The position numbers and the translations under genes are program-made. From contig MU058844.1 of the NCBI GenBank assembly GCA_013265495.1, positions 4,579,535-4,643,534 of the forward strand: 64,000 bases of DNA, in the 5' to 3' direction. Origin of the DNA: Vicugna vicugna (taxonomy: Eukaryota). Below the pieces are notes generated by a model. The model ran no database searches. It saw only the letters and a list, made by a program, of their open reading frames with translations, and had not been told where the DNA came from. This document shows, in pieces, positions 63,663 through 64,000 of this stretch. Every line of letters begins with the position of its first letter. The stretch's first letter is position 1.

Positions 63663-64000
63663 TTAAAGATTCTGCAAATCTTATAAAATAAAGGTGAAGT
63701 CAGTAAATTCCATGCTCTCTGCTGTTGCTCCCAGACCATTGATATGACACCACTGCCTAGTTCCTCTTTCTTTATGGTCTGTGCCATATGATCATGCCAC
63801 TTTTCTCTTTCTCTGTGACTATTGCCTGTCAGCATCTCTATTTTGTCCTTATTTTATTTCAAAAAAATAAAACACTCTTTTCCATAAGATATTCTCTATT
63901 TGCATATTACTTCAACCTTGGACATTATTTAAGTAATTAAGATTATTTAGTAATTAAGAATCCTTAATATTAATCAAGTCTTTTAATGCCTTGTTCTTGG

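Noticed and set aside
1..64000. Remaining 60-120 aa ORFs in the six-frame track, and prokaryotic-type systems (CRISPR, operons, retrons)
   Set aside because: The ORFs are low-complexity or lie within repeats and resemble no protein I recognise; the window is mammalian repeat-rich DNA with no repeat-spacer array or gene cluster.

Overview
Mammalian non-coding genomic DNA, AT-rich and dense in interspersed repeats, most likely from a camelid (alpaca/llama/camel). This inference rests on a tRNA-Ala-derived Vic-1-type SINE and cetartiodactyl-type L1 3' UTRs. I recognise no host protein-coding exon. The only long ORF (14016-16127, 703 aa) is the uninterrupted RT-to-C-terminal part of a young, 5'-truncated LINE-1 ORF2. 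Other content includes a twin-primed (5'-inverted) L1, several L1 3' fragments with target-site duplications (TSDs), old L1M/L2/L3/MIR relics, MaLR (MLT1), ERVL and ERV1 LTRs, a decayed LTR33-type ERVL provirus, and hAT/Tigger DNA-transposon relics. The most notable observations are five: (1) a ~1 kb CpG island confined to an apparently chimeric ERV1 leader with two LTR-end/PBS-like junctions and intact splice donors; (2) one L1 target site used twice inside an L3/CR1 relic; (3) a head-to-tail SINE dimer bounded by a single TSD; (4) an isolated 55-bp duplication 1.66 kb apart; (5) a strong CTCF motif. Repeat family names come from recalled consensus similarity, not a database search, and boundaries of old repeats are approximate. 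I found no evidence for a new protein-coding system.
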